Notes under the pieces: model-generated
What the model saw: only the letters and a program-made list of their open reading frames with translations
What the model was told of the DNA's origin: nothing
Databases searched by the model: none
Origin: Raja brachyura
Lineage: Eukaryota
NCBI GenBank assembly: GCA_963514005.1
Contig: OY740794.1
Coordinates: forward strand, 19,096,001-19,160,000
Length of the DNA: 64,000 nucleotides
Direction of reading: 5' to 3'
Program-made: the position numbers and the translations under genes
In this document: in pieces, positions 1 through 13,190 of the stretch
Position numbering within the stretch: position 1 is the first letter of the stretch
Layout of the letters: each line of letters begins with the position of its first letter

Positions 1-660
1 ACGCAGCCACCCGAGCTGTCCGGTCCCAGCGGCCGCTCGCAGCCACCCAAGCTACTTCTCCCCCCAGCTACAATGCAGTGACAACGCGCCCGGATCGTCG
101 CGGCAAGTGAGTTGCTGGCATGATCCCCGACCCCCTCCTTCTCCCCTCCCCAGCAGCGCTGTCCTTTTACCGCTGCTTCCCATTAACTGCCAGCAATGAG
201 GGATAGACTTGGTTATCCCTCAGTATAACCAAATAATTCTTGATGTTGCTGTACTGAGGGATAGCCAAACCTTCCAACTTCGGCTTCCAAGACACACGTA
301 AATTTTCGTGCCTTATTTTTGGGTAATAAATGACGTCTTCATTGCCGGTAAATACGGTATTTAAAAACATATAGCACCAAGAAATCTACTTACCACGTCA
401 TTTGTACATGGACTCCATTCTTCTCTCTTTGTTTCTTAAGATATTCTTAAGATAATGGCAATACATGTTTGAAAAAGCTGCCAAGAAACTTGCGCAGCGC
501 ATGCGCTGTATGCGGCTGCGCATGTGCAGTACTGCAAAGGCAGAATTTCAGCTGACTTCAGTCCCCTGGAAATTGACGGCTTGAAGCATCGTCGACGGCA
601 CGTGGGCTGCACAGACCTTCGCGTGTTACATGCACTGCGGATGAAAAGCACGGAGAATTA
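1..660. promoter_or_regulatory. CpG-rich promoter-like region
   Basis: CpG-dense at 1-170 and 490-650 against a CpG-poor background. NRF1-type GCGCATGCGC at 497-506 and TGCGCATGTGCA at 517-528, E-box CACGTG at 599-604, CRE-like TGACGT/ACGTCA at ~331 and ~395. Donor-like GTGAGT (+, 107) and GTAAGT (-, ~393). Confidence 0.5.
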
Positions 661-695
661 TGCCTACCTAAGAGATCGATCTCTTAGGTAGGCAT
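660..695. repeat. 36-bp perfect palindrome
   Basis: ATGCCTACCTAAGAGATC|GATCTCTTAGGTAGGCAT is self-complementary, with an imperfect extension to ~646-711. Confidence 0.95.
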
Positions 696-779
696 TAGTC
701 TCCCATGGCTTTACTATTTATATTTAATAATTACCATTTTATAATTTTAGTCAGAGTAGGGAGTGCCTACCCTGATGGC

Positions 780-1520
780 ACGTGGCTGGAATACTATCAG
801 GTGGAAATGAAGACCTGAAGAAATACTTTCTGAAAACCAAAGAGTTTTGGAGCTACTGTGTTATTCAATCTTGTAGACAATGTTTATCCAGATGGATGAA
901 AGAATGTAACATTAGCTAACGACCAGGTAGTGGAAGGTTTGAGCTTCCTAGGTGCCAATAGATAAACAGAAATAGGACAAGCAATGAAGAAATCTGAACA
1001 TGGCTAATGATTAGTTAGCAAGAATGACAATGTGACACTTTTGATCAAACTTTTGAAGGATAAGTGTTACTGTGACACCTAAATAAGAACAGCAGAAATT
1101 GTTTGTTTTGTCACATTGTGTGGGTGTGAACGCTGGAATCTAAAAGTGCAAGGTGAATAAGATCAAATCATTTGAAATGTGGAAGATTGCTGAACTTTCT
1201 TTCGAAGGCGAGGAGAGTCGGTCATCCAGTTCTGGGCAAAACAAAGGCCAATTATTCACTCAAGGTAATGATATTCAAATAGAAACTGGTTTTATTTGGA
1301 TAGAATACATGCACCAATAATGAAATGAAGACCACCGTTATGTGTTGTAAAACAGAAGAAAACGTGTGTAGAAGACAGCAAACAAAGTAGGTGAGTGGAA
1401 TCAGAAACCTCTGATAGTTTTACAACTAGTTCACACTATCATTGTTGATGTCATCTTGGAGAGAACTAATCCATTGAATCGCCATGAATCAACACAGACC
1501 AGGTGGCATCTAATTGAATT
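780..1520 (+). mobile_element. Highly decayed RTE-clade LINE 3' fragment
   Basis: Broken frames read like the RTE RT C-terminus (CGCERWNL ~ YGCETWTL; KIKSFEMW). Confidence 0.55.
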
Positions 1521-1789
1521 GATCTGATCAGGAGTAGCATTGTTCTTGGTAAAATACTGCAGATTTTGGAAATCTTAAAAATAGAATCTGAGGAAGTAGG
1601 TTGGGGAGCATCAATGGAAAGTGACTACATTTCAGGAAGATGACGTTTCATCAAGTGGAGGAAGCTGAAGATTCTGCAAACATTAAGTTGCAGAGGAGAG
1701 TGGGGTAAATAAACAAAAATCGGTATAGGGTGGAAACCAAGAGCCATTGAATTGCACGAGTGGCAATGGTACTGGCTGAAATCCAGAAG

Positions 1790-2195
1790 ATTAAGATGCA
1801 TGGGATCCATAGTGATTTGCTAGTTTGCATTCAGAACTGACTTACCCATGGAGTTCAGAAGGTAGTGTTAGAAGGGCATTATCCAGGCTGGACGTCTTTG
1901 ACCAGGGATCTGTGGTTTGTGATATACAGTATTTAACAACAATGTAGATCAGTTGGTTAGTAAGTTTGCAGATGACACAAAAATTGGTGAAATTGCAAAC
2001 ATTGAAGAAAGCTGTCAAAGGATGCAGAAGTATATAAATTAGTTACAGATATGTGTGGAGAAATAGAAGATGGAGTTTAACCCTGGCAAGTGTAAGGTTT
2101 TTCACCTTTGGGGTCAAATGTAAGGGAAAAGTACACAGTTAATGACAGGACTCTTAACAGCATTGTTGTACAGCGGGATCTTGGGGTCCAAATCA
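1790..2195 (+). mobile_element. CR1 LINE RT fragment
   Basis: SKFADDTKIG at ~1959-1990, followed by a MEFNPGKCKV motif. Confidence 0.85.
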
Positions 2196-2234
2196 ATACA
2201 CTAGTTTCAATGTTGCTTGACAATGGTTAACTTG

Positions 2235-2447
2235 AAATAGGCCAGGTTTTTTGGGCTGCATAAGTACTTGAAGAAGTATGTAGGAAGGAACTGCAGGTGC
2301 TGCTTTAAATAGAAGATAGACACAAGGTGCTGGAGTTACTCAGCGGGACAGGCAGCATCTCTGGAGAAGGGTTACGACCCAAAACGTCGCCCATTCCTTC
2401 ACTCCAGAGATGCTGCCTGTCCCTGACCTCAGCATTTTGTGTTTATC
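2235..2447. mobile_element. Penelope-derived short element, fold-back pair
   Basis: GGAACTGCAG..TGCTGGAG.ACTCAGCGGGACAGGCAGCATCTCTGGAG followed by its reverse complement; degenerate hammerhead core at the junction. Confidence 0.75.
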
Positions 2448-3796
2448 TATTAGAAAAAGTAGACCATTTGACTGGATGGTAGACTGGCATTTGTAAATGA
2501 TACTTATTGGTAATTGGTTGTGTTATTGGGTTGGTGTTGGAGGGCATGTTGGAAGGAAATAAATGCAGAATAAGACAAATAGAAGCTGGCATTAACTTAA
2601 TGGGCCTTATGCCCTGCTGCATTGTAGGAAAACGTGAGGATGACTGTTGGCTACTTAAAATGATCCTTTTTTTCAGCTTCATAAAGGTTATACTAATCTC
2701 CAATCCCAAATCTGTCTTGGCATTTCCCAATCTCTTCTGAATCTGGCTGAAGTTTCCAGTCTGTCACTGCTCCCTATAATCTCAGAAAGACTTCCTAACT
2801 TTTCTCTGTCCACCTCAACTTTGTTCTCAATTCTACGGATGGGATTTTTTTCATTTAAAAGCAGCTTGTTACATGCATTAGTCTCTGCACTAGAGAAATA
2901 CCAATGTTTTAGTTCATTTAACATTTCTTTAAAATAAATTCCAACTGTATTTAAAGTGCATGTAAGTGGTGAGATAAAGGATAAGGTTTCACAAAGAAAA
3001 TAATAAAAAGATTGTGTGAAATATAATTGGAAGGCAGGAAGTGTGATGACATTTTTTGACAACATTTTAATTTTCTAAATGCTGCATATGTAAATTAGAA
3101 AGACAAAATCTAGGAAGTACGCAGCTGATCAGGTAACATCTATGGAATGTGGAAATTGTGGCAATGTTTCACATCAGTGCCATTTTGCCAAAGTGATGAT
3201 GAATGGTCATTGAACTGATTTGTCAATGTTCTCGCTCCACTAATGCTGTTAGACTATATAATAATGTGGCTTGATCAATATCTAATGGATTATTTGCTGG
3301 CAAGCATTCTGTTTGCACTTCACTGTTAACTAGAAACATTGATATAACCAGACATTTCTGAGGTGCTCCACACTAGAACCATGTTGCATTGTTTCTAGAA
3401 ACAAGACACTGAGGGGAATTGGTAAAGGTTGGCTAAATAGATTTAGCTGCATCTCTCAGCCCCTTAAAACCTTTGTTTAATCTATCCCCATTTGTTTTTT
3501 TTTACTAATGTGAAGGGCTTTTAAAAATATGGTCAATGTTTCCCTTTGCTGTTTTACCAGCATTCTAAATCTAAGATTTGAATGAACAGAGAAACCGAGT
3601 TACTTAAGACTTCAATTTTTTAGTAACTTGATTTCTCTACCTGTATCAGAATGGGTCGGGTATCATCTATGATATTAGCTTGATTTTTCTCTCATCGTTA
3701 GCATAGCCTGAACTGCTGGACATGACTCGCATCCATGTATTTTATATCGCTTACCTTCCTTGGTCTGTGTTCCCATTCTATAACTGCTGTCTGAAT

Positions 3797-3887
3797 CTGA
3801 AGAAGGGTCTCGACCCGAAACTTCACCCATTTCTTCTCTCCAGACATGCTGCCTGTCCCACTGAGTTCCTCCAGCATTTTGTGTCTA
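3797..3887 (+). mobile_element. Penelope-derived short element with hammerhead-like core
   Basis: CTGAAGAAGGGTCTCGACCCGAAACTTCACCC followed by the family tail CTCCAGA.ATGCTGCCTG..CTGAGTT.CTCCAGCATTTTGTGTC. Confidence 0.8.
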
Positions 3888-4967
3888 TAACTGCTCTCAT
3901 TCCTTATGTAGCAATGACCAACTTCTCTCTTCCTCAAAGCCTCCATTCACCCGTTGCTCAGTTTGCAGCTTATCCCAAGGGATTCCTGACCTCCTCACCC
4001 TATCAGAGAGATATCATTTAGTCTCCTCCCTCCCTGCAGTGTGATACTAATTTGTCTTTCTTCATTCCCAATTCTGATGAATGCTCTTTGATCCAAACTG
4101 TTAACAGTTTCTCCGACTATCAGTTCTGCCTGACCTCAACATTCTCAGCATTTTCAGTATTTATTCTAAATTTCCTATTCTCACCGCTGGTAGGTTAATT
4201 GGCAAAGAGAGTTAAAAACAAGTTGTTTTGAATTTTTTTTTAAACGGCATTTGACAGCAGAGTTGTTTTAAAGCCGATAATTTCTATCATGGAGCAAATC
4301 TTGATCGGACAAGCTGCTGAATAGAAATGGAGAAGGAAATGCTGAAAATGCACCAAGAACATTTAGTCTCTTAGGGATCCTGCAGAAATCTAGCAGAAAT
4401 GGTGAAAGAAACATGTTGCCTACATTCCAGCTGCCCACCCATTATCTCATGCAGCTTCTGCCCGGTCTGTATCAAAATATGTGGAACCGACAACACTTTT
4501 GCAGCCACCTTGACCACAAAGCTAGAATGGAAGCATGCCATGTTTGGACCTGCCAAAGAAGTGAAGAAGATAGGTACTAATTTGATAAATTCTGTAAGTT
4601 GGGTTCAAATCCTGATCAGAGCCGTCTATGAATTTAACAATTGTAGACAAAATGTGGTCTAAATGCTTCAGTCTTGCAATGATAAAATTAATTTACTTAA
4701 TAATTGTTCATTTATTTTGGAGAACTCCTCAGGCTAATGTTATCGCCCATTACTTAACATGTTTCCTCCAAGGTAATTAAAACAATTGATTTGTACCCTG
4801 ACATATTTTCAGGGGCTATGCAGAATTTAATGTTCTATCCATGCAACTAATTCTCTGGCTTTAACTGTGGCTTCCAACAATGATATGTTTTCTAAGTGCT
4901 GGTAATTAATTTCTTAATGAAATTAAATGATTGTATCTGATTGAAACTCATTTGAAATTTGATATTT

Positions 4968-5440
4968 AGAATATATAACAGAGCAGTACACTTAGACCCA
5001 CAATATTTGTGCCGTTAAACTGATCCCAGCTGCCTGTATTTGATTCATATCCCACCATTCCTTGCATTTTCATGTGCCCATCTAAAAGCCTCTTAAATGC
5101 CACTGTCATATCCGCCTCCAGCACCAACCCTGGCAATGCATTCTAGGCACCCATTGTGTGTAAAGGAAACTTGCCCCGCACATTAATCTTTTCCCCTCTC
5201 TCTTTATAACCATGTCCTCTAGTGTTGGTCATTTCCATCCTGGGGTAGAAAGGTTCTGACTGTATATCCTAACTATGCCTCTCATAATTTTATATGCTTC
5301 TACCATGTCTCCCCTCAATCTCTGATTTTCCAGAAAAAAACAATCCAAGTCTATTCAACCTCTCCCTGTGGCTGAAACCCTCAAGCCTATGCTCCATTCT
5401 GGTAAATCTCCTCTGCACCCTCTCCAAAGCCTCCACAGTG
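4968..5440 (-). mobile_element. CR1 LINE 3' fragment
   Basis: ORF 5290-5472 ALERVQRRFTRM..ERLNRLGLF (CR1 RT C-terminus) plus 3' UTR. Confidence 0.85.
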
Positions 5441-5738
5441 TTGCTGTAATTTGTGCTAAATGTATTTGTCATTTACTTCCCCTGGAGAGAAGGAATGGGT
5501 GACACTTTGGGTCGAGGCCCTTCATCTCCAGCATTTTGTGTCTATCTCCGGTGTGAACCTGCATCTGCAGTTCCTTCCTATAAATACTGGTAATTTGAAG
5601 TAAAAAACACATTCTGGAAATCCCCAATAAGTCTGGCAGTATCTGTGGAGAGAAAAACAGATAGCAATCTTTCCACAAAATGCTGCCCGACCTGCTGACT
5701 CTTTCCAATGCTTGGTTATTTTAACTTATTTTCAAACT

Positions 5739-6040
5739 GGGTGGCACAGTAGTGCAATGGTAGAATAGCTGCCTTACAGCTTCAGAGACCCGGGTTAGAT
5801 CTTGACTACGGGTGCTGTCTGTATGGAGTTTGTACGTTTTCCCTGTGACCCAGTGGGTTTTCTCCAGGTGCTCTGGTTTCCCCCCACACTCCACAGACGT
5901 ACAGGTTTGTAAGTTAATCGGCTACGGTAAGTTGCAAAATTGTTCCTGGTGCGTGTAGGTTAGTGTACAGGGTGATCATTGGTTGCGCAGACTCAGTGGG
6001 CTGAAGGGCCTGTATCTCCAATGTCTAAACTGAAAATAAA
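5739..6040 (+). mobile_element. HE1/V-SINE-like tRNA-derived SINE
   Basis: A/B-box-like head GGCACAGTAGTGCAATGG...GGTTAGATC, core GGAGTTTGTACGTT.CCCTGTGACC, CR1-like tail GGGCTGAAGGGCCTG and TAAAC repeats. Confidence 0.85.
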
Positions 6041-6363
6041 CTACAGTCGAACAATAACACAAAAGCATGCAAAATACACTGGGTACATTAGAGCTAAATA
6101 TCCATTGTCACTTTGGACGTTGAACAAGAGTTATGACACAAAACGTCACCCATTCCCTCTCTCCAGAGGTGCTGCCTACCCCACTGAGTTACTCCAGCAT
6201 TTAGTGTCTATCTTCGACCTAAGGACTGCGAGGGTTGCACTAGGCTTTGTTTTGCTCTTGCACTGTTTTTTACTTATTGAAAATAATTATTTTCTGTTTA
6301 TTATATTATTTATTGAGTACTGTGTTTCCAAACTAGTTGTTGCAAATAAGAATTTAATTGTTC

Positions 6364-7488
6364 CATAGAAACATAGAAAATGGGTGCAGGAGGAGGCCAT
6401 TTGGCCCTTCGAGCCAGCACCATCATTCATTGTGATCATGGCTGATCGTTCCCAATCAATAACCCCTGCCTGCCTTCTCCCCATATCCCTTGATTCCACT
6501 AGCCCCTCGAGCTCTATCTAGCTCTCTCTTAAATCCATCCAGTGATTTGGCCTCCACTGCCCTCTGTGGCAGGGAATTCCACAAATTCACAACTCCATGG
6601 GTGAAAAAGTTTTTTCTCACCTCAGTCTTAAATGGCCTCCCATTTATTCTAAGACTGTGGCCCCTGGTCTGGACTCGCCCAACATTGCAAACATTTTTCC
6701 TGCATCTAGCTTGTCCAGTCCTTTTATAATTTTATATGTTTCTATAAAATTCCCCCTCATCCTTCTAAACTCTGGTGAATACAAGCTTAGTCTTTTCAAC
6801 CTTTCCTCACGTGACAGCCCCGCCATCCCAGGGATCAATCTCATAAACCTGCGCGGCACTGCCTCAATCAAGGATGTCCTTCCTCAAATTAGGAGACCAA
6901 AACTGTACACAATACTCCAGATGTGGTCTTACCAGATCCCTATACAACTGCAGAAGAACCTCTTTACTCCTATACTGAAATCCTCTTCATTCAACATTCC
7001 ATTAGCTTTCTTCACTGCCTGCTGTACCTGCACGCCAACTTTCATGACTGGTGTACAAGGACACACAGGTCTCGCTGCACCTCCCCCTTACCTAATCTAA
7101 CCCCATTGAGATAATAATCTTCCCCCTTGTTTTTGCCGCCAAAGTGGATAACCTCACATTTATCTATATTAACATGCATCTGCCCACTCACTCAACCTGT
7201 CCAGGTCACCCTGCAACCTCCTAATATCCTCTTCACAGTTCACACTTTGTGTCATCTGCAAACTTGCTATTGTTGCTCCTAATTCGCTCTTCCAAATCAT
7301 TAATATATATGGTAATGAGTTGCGGCTCCAACACCGAGCCTTGCGGCACTACACTCGCCACTGCCTGCCATTCAGAAAAGGTTCACTCCTACTCTTTCCT
7401 TCCTGTCTGCCAACCAATTTTCTATCCATGTCAACACCCTACCCCCAATACCATGTACTCTAATTTTAGTCAACAGTCTCCCGTGTGG
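6364..7488 (-). mobile_element. CR1 (HER1-like) LINE, 3' part
   Basis: (TTTCTATG)n tail at 6364-6379; ORF 6644-6871 RRFMRLIPGMAGLS..RLSLYSPEFRRMRG; SKFADD at ~7250. Confidence 0.92.
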
Positions 7489-8685
7489 AGCAGGAATTAA
7501 AACATTGGGAGATTTGTATTAAACGGGAAAATTATTACCATTTAAATAATTCCAACTAAAGTACAATTTGGGAAACAATCAGTATTTTAAATATTTTCAA
7601 ATATGTGACTATTTGAAAAAATATGCACAAGAATATTACAATATGCCATCAGATGTACTGGATGAAACAATGAATCCAAAAGCTGAATCAGCAAACTTAA
7701 TATCATATATATATATAATATTATTCTAAATGCAGAAATACCAACAACTGAAGGCATTAGAAGAGACTGGGAACAAGAATTAACTATCAAAATTTCCAAA
7801 GAAAGGTGGGAAGAACACTTATTAAATGTGCATAAATGTTCAATTAACGTAAGACACACTTTAATACAATTTAAAATCTTACATAGATTATACTATTCAT
7901 AAACTAAAATAAGTAAACTTTTTCCCAACGTCTCACCTATCTGTGATAAATGCCAGTCTCAAGAAGCTACTATAGCGCACTCATTTGTCTTTTGTACAAA
8001 AATTCAAAAATTCCGGACTGAAATTTTTGGAATCTTAACAAAATTATTTAAAATAAAACTGACACCAAAGGCAGAACGGATTATTTTTGGAACAACGGAA
8101 GGAAGCCCTGAATTAAATGTGTTTCAAAAGAATCTATTTGAATACAGCTTAATAACTGGAAAAAAGCCAATCTTAAAATTCTGGAAAAATGCTCCCATAC
8201 CAACAGTAAATATGTGAATTTCAACTATGTTTGAAACACTACATCTGGAAGATATGAGACTCCACCAGGCAGGAAAATCAGATCGCTTCTATAAGACGTG
8301 GTCTGCATTTATAAATCTACTACAAGGATAGGGTGCAAGAGTACCTCAAAAAGGTACCGGCGTCGGCTCTTGGTAAAGGGGGACGGAAAACTGCCGAGTT
8401 GGTAAATTCCTTTTGCGTGATGTTTAAAATAAAGTAACTGTCTTTTCCTTTTTTCTTCTTTCTTTCTTTTTTTTTCTGGGTTCTATCTCTTAATCTCCTT
8501 TCTCTAACTCTTCGACTAAGGGCTCTCTTTTCTTTCCCTTCGTCACGCTTCTTCACTTTCACAATTCTCTCTCACTTTCTCCACTTTCTCTGTTTCTATT
8601 CTTTTTCTTTAATAGCCTTAAAAATTAAGGGGTACAATGATTGTAATAATATATACAGACGTACACTGATATATTTTTAAAAACA
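7489..8685 (+). mobile_element. 5'-truncated L1-clade LINE nested in CR1
   Basis: ORF2 C-terminus QFKILHRLYY..CDKCQ..AHSFVFC (CCHC knuckle); TSD CTCCCGTG(T/C)GG at 7478-7488 and 8686-8696. Confidence 0.88.
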
Positions 8686-10148
8686 CTCCCGTGCGGGACC
8701 TTATCAAGGGCTTTCTGAAAGTATAGATACACTAAATCCACAGGCTCCCCTTCATCCATTTTACTTGTCACATCCTCAAAATATTCCAGAAGATTAGTCA
8801 AGCATGAATGATTAGTCAACCCTTTCATAAATCCATGTTGACTTGGACTACTGCTATCCAAATGCCCCATTATTACCTCTTTAATAATTGACTCCAGCAT
8901 CTTTCTCACTACCAAAGTCAAGCTAACTGGTTTGTAATTCCCCGTTTTCTTGAAAAGTGGGATGTAGACCATCCGGCCCAGGGGATTTATCATCCTTCAG
9001 TCCCATTAGCCTGCCCAATACTATTTATCGCCGAGTGAAAATTTATTTCAGTTCCTTTACCCTCTTTGATCCTCTGTCCTCTCGTACAGCTGGTTCAACT
9101 GCATCAATGACACTTCCAATTTAACCTTATCCTTCTCAAATTGCAGATTAAAACTAATCATATCATTACCACTACCTCCAAGTGGTTCCTTTACCTCGAG
9201 TTCTCTTATCATATCTGGTTCATTGGACAATGCTAAATCCAGAATTGCCTTTTCTCTGGTCGGCTCCATTACAAGCTGCTCTAAGAATCCATCTCAGAGG
9301 CACTGTACAAACTCTCTTTCTTGGGGTCCTGAACCAACCTGATTTTCCCAGTCTACCTGCATATTGAAATCCCCCATCACCACAGTGGCATTACCTTTGT
9401 TACATGCCAGTTTTATTCCCCTGCACAGTGGCATTACCTTTGTTACATGCCAGTTTTATTCCCCTGCACAGTGGCATTACCTTTGTTACATGCCAGTTTT
9501 ATTCCCCTGCACAGTGGCATTACCTTTGTTACATGCCAGTTTTATTCCCCAACTTACACCCTACATCCGGGCTACTATTGGTGGGTCTGTAGATAACACC
9601 AATTAGTGTCTTCTTGCCTTTACAATTCCTCAACTCAATCCACAGTGACTCTACCTCGTCAGTCCCTATGTCTTCCCTCGCAAGGGACTGAATTCCATCC
9701 CTCACTAGCAGAGCTACCCCACCACCCTCCTCTGCCCACCTGCCTGTCCTTTCTATAGGATGTATAACCCTGAATATTAAGTTCCCAAGCCCGATCCTCC
9801 TGCAGCCACGTCTCAGTAATCCCCACAGTCATATCTACCAACCTCTAACTGAACCTCAAGCTCATCTACTTTACTTCTTATACTTCACGCATTCATATTC
9901 AATACTTTTAATTCCTTACGCATCTCACCTTTCACATCTATCCCTATTACACTTGGCCATACTATCGTATCTCTTTGTGAGCTTCCTTTCCCGTTAATTC
10001 TGGGGTCATTAACTATCCCTTTACTCTCTTTCCCTTTACCTCCATCCTTGACTATCCCATTTGACACCCCCCCCTTATTTAGTTTAAAGCCACCCGTGTA
10101 GCAGTGGCAAACCTGCCTGCCAGAATCCTGGTCCCCCACGTGTTAGGG
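8686..10148 (-). mobile_element. CR1 LINE, 5' continuation (ORF1 end, APE endonuclease, RT start; internally deleted)
   Basis: GNYKPVSLT..SQHGFMKG..SCLTNLLEYF (RT); PTREKAILDL and VGITETWL..IQGY..RKDR (endonuclease); NTWGTRILAGRF (esterase-type ORF1 end). Confidence 0.92.
9381..9550. repeat. 43-bp tandem repeat, 4 identical copies inside CR1
   Basis: CACAGTGGCATTACCTTTGTTACATGCCAGTTTTATTCCCCTG starts at 9381, 9424, 9467 and 9510 (last copy slightly truncated). Confidence 0.97.
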
Positions 10149-11268
10149 ACATATACTCTTAATTCAGAGAAACAATTCTGCTTGCATTTCCCTGCAGGAG
10201 GTAGTCCTTATTTACATAACATGCAATGAAATTGTTATTGCATTTTCAAATGGTGGGGGGTCACGAATAATCATGTGCTGTATCCAGAGGCAACCGTGTT
10301 AGAGGTGCTACCTATGAGGAAAACTTTGGTCTCTGTGAAACTACTGAACTTGCCCTTGAAAGAAATAAGTCACAGTAGCACAGATATTATGCTGACATCT
10401 TAAAACGATTTTTCAGAAGAATACTTGAGGTCAAATTTCCTGTGAAGCCGATTTATCCAGATTGAAATACAAATATGGCAGGAAAGGAATGCAAATTCAC
10501 CACTGTCAATGGGGGTGTTAGCAAGTCATCTGCCAAGGTGCCCTACTGTCAGAAACTCAATTATTATGCAGAGCATTAGAATGCCCATTGAGATATAGAG
10601 CCCATTCCAGCTGCTCAGACCTTCTGCATGCATAACCGTATGAATAATATTGATAAAAATGAGACTCGTACTATATTTGCTAATTATCGCACAAGCCTCT
10701 CTGGGAAAATAATAGACATAAACAAACTACAGAAATCTGTTATATCGTATCAGTTGGCAAGCCGCAGAGTACCTATACTTAAGCAAAAAGAAAATCGCTG
10801 GAGGAACTCGGCAGATCAAGGAGAGTACCCAAGTACCTTTTAGACAGGTACATGGATAGGGTAGGTTTAGATGGCTATGGGCCAAAAGCAGGCTGGTGGG
10901 ACTAGTGCAGATGGGGCATGTTGTGCGAAAGAGCCTGCTGCACTGTATGACCATATGACTATGAGAGTAGCGAAGAAATTGTCGACATTTCAGATCGAGA
11001 CCCTGCAGCTGAACGATCTATTGCAGGGTTCTGACCTGAAATGTTGACGATTCCCACTACCTACCCAACCACCTCCCTCTGCCCCAACTTCCTTACCCTC
11101 ACAGATGCAGCCTGACCCGCTAGGTTCCTCCAGCAGTTTGGTCTTTGCTCCAGCTTCCAGCACCTTCAATCTCTAGTGTCATTGGGTACCGACACTTTAC
11201 AGCCTGGGTCTAAAAAAAAAATCGGGAACTCGCGTTAGCAAGTCTTTTACACGAGTGGCAGATTGTTT

Positions 11269-12126
11269 GTTTTTTTAAATTTTTTATTAAAAGCATATGT
11301 ACAAATGATAATAAACAACAAACTGGTTACAGAGTTCTTGCATAGCCTCAATTTTTTACGTTTTTTTTAAAGAAAAGAAATAGAGAAAGAAAGAGATAAG
11401 AGAAACTGTAAACTAATAGAAAGAAGAAAAAGCATGAAGAAAAGAAAAAGAATGGAGATTACAAATCTAAAGATTGTGGAGATAGATCCGGGAGATGTTG
11501 AGGATAGTTGTTCATCCAACCCTAAACTCAAGTTGTGACTTTAATTTTGTGTTCAACCAGTTTACTTTTTTAAAAATTCAATAAATGGAGACCATATTTA
11601 AAAAAATAATTAAGACAAATCTTATTTTTTCCATATGCAAGGTCTCAGTCATTTCCGTAATCCACATTTTAATTGTGGGGGTTGCTGTTTTTTTCCAAAA
11701 TTTAAGTATTATTTTTTTCTCAGTTATTAAACTGTAATCAAGAAAGTGTCTCTGGCTTATCGTAAATTTTGTGGTATGTTCTGATAATCCTAATATTATT
11801 TATTTTGGATCTGGGTCCAGTTGATTATCGATAACTTTAGAGATAATTTTTTAAATGTTCATCCAAAAATTTTGCATTTTTATACGTTACGATAGTGTGA
11901 ATTAAATTGGCTTCTTGAAATTGACATTTATCACAAAGAGGGGAAGTACTTGGGAAAATCCTATTCAATTTTGTCTTCGAATAGTGTAATCTATGTAATA
12001 TTTTAAACTGTATTAAGGAATGTCTAGTGTTTAATGAGCAATGATGTATATATTGTAAACTTTCATCCCATGTGTCTTTCATTATGGGTTGAGCCAATTC
12101 ATCCTCCCATGCTTGTCTATATGACT
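11269..12126 (-). mobile_element. 5'-truncated L1-clade LINE
   Basis: ORF 11837-12097 QFKILHRLHYSKTKL..CDKCQ; T-rich tail at left; degenerate TSD GAGTGGCAGRTTRTTT at 11253 and 12127. Confidence 0.88.
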
Positions 12127-12189
12127 GAGTGGCAGGTTATTTTGACATATAACTTGGAAGCAGCACAAATGATTGATTTTATACAATTA

Positions 12190-13190
12190 CTAGACTAAGT
12201 CACATGGAAGACCTGGTCCCCCAACGCAACCCATTCCCCAACGCAACCCATTCCCCAACGCAATATTCCACCACTGACCCAAACGTGAGGCAGGGGGGTG
12301 TGAGGCGGGAGGGGGAGGTGTGAGACGGACGGGGTGTGAGGCGGGGTGGTGTGAGGCAAGGGGGGTGTGAGGTGGGGGGGTTATGGGTGGAGGGAGGGGG
12401 GTGTGTGGGGGGGGGGCGGGGGTTGTAGGGGTGGAAGGGATGTGGGGGGAGGCTGTGTTTGGGGGAGGGGTGAGTGGGCAGTGGGAAGGGTGTGTGGGTG
12501 GGAAGGGGGGTTGTGGGGGCAAGGGTGGGTTGTGGGGGGAGAGGTGTCGGGGCGGGGTGGAAGGGTGTGTGGGCAGAGGGAAGGGTGTGTGGACAAGGGG
12601 GGGAAGGGTGCGTGGGGGCATGTGGGGGGGAGGGGTGGGTGGGTTGTGGGGGTGTTGTGGAGTGGGGAGGGGGATATGTGGACGGGATGGTTGTGGGGGC
12701 GGTGGGTGTGGGTGGGGGGGAAGGTGTGGGCGGAGAAGACAGATCGGAGAAAGGACAGATCCAGTAGAGTCTCCGTTTTCCGTTTGGCGACATCTCCACA
12801 CTGGGCTGGGTTAAGTGGGGTCACTTCCGGTCCCTCTGAAAGTTGTGCCTGGTTGGAGACCTCTGCCGGCCATCCAGAGCGTCCCTCAGCTCCAGTAAAG
12901 ACGCAATGGCGCAGGAAAGGGCGGACCGTCCCGCGGAGTGACAGGAGAAAAGACCAATCCATGCGGCGCCAACTGGCAGGAGAGGAGATCGATCTGCGCA
13001 CGAGCAATTTTTAAACCTCGCTAACTTTTACATTAGACCCCCGATTGGAACAAAACTTTGTGCACTTGCAGCAGAGGAGAACGGTGAGGACGCTGGTGAA
13101 ATATCATAGCGCTATAGCGAACCGTTTTTGCGCAAATAGAAAGACCGCACAAACCGGAAGATAACAAGATCAGAGTTTTAGTTATGTATT
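12190..13190 (-). mobile_element. Non-autonomous Helitron
   Basis: 3' end CTAG|T at 12190; 5' region ATACATAACTAAAACTCTGATCTTG matches the A|TC-starting copy at 25410; C/G-rich low-complexity interior. Confidence 0.8.

Noticed and set aside
2688-3065. 125-aa minus-strand ORF
   Set aside because: KEMLNELKHWYFSS weakly resembles the CR1 ORF2 linker (KEMAEELNxYFASV); likely an old LINE remnant or chance.
5739-5810. tRNA-like A/B boxes
   Set aside because: These are SINE heads, not tRNA genes; no complete cloverleaf.
12190-13014. Overlapping 200-aa Pro/Gly-rich ORFs
   Set aside because: Artefacts of a C/G low-complexity tract inside a Helitron; open in many frames.
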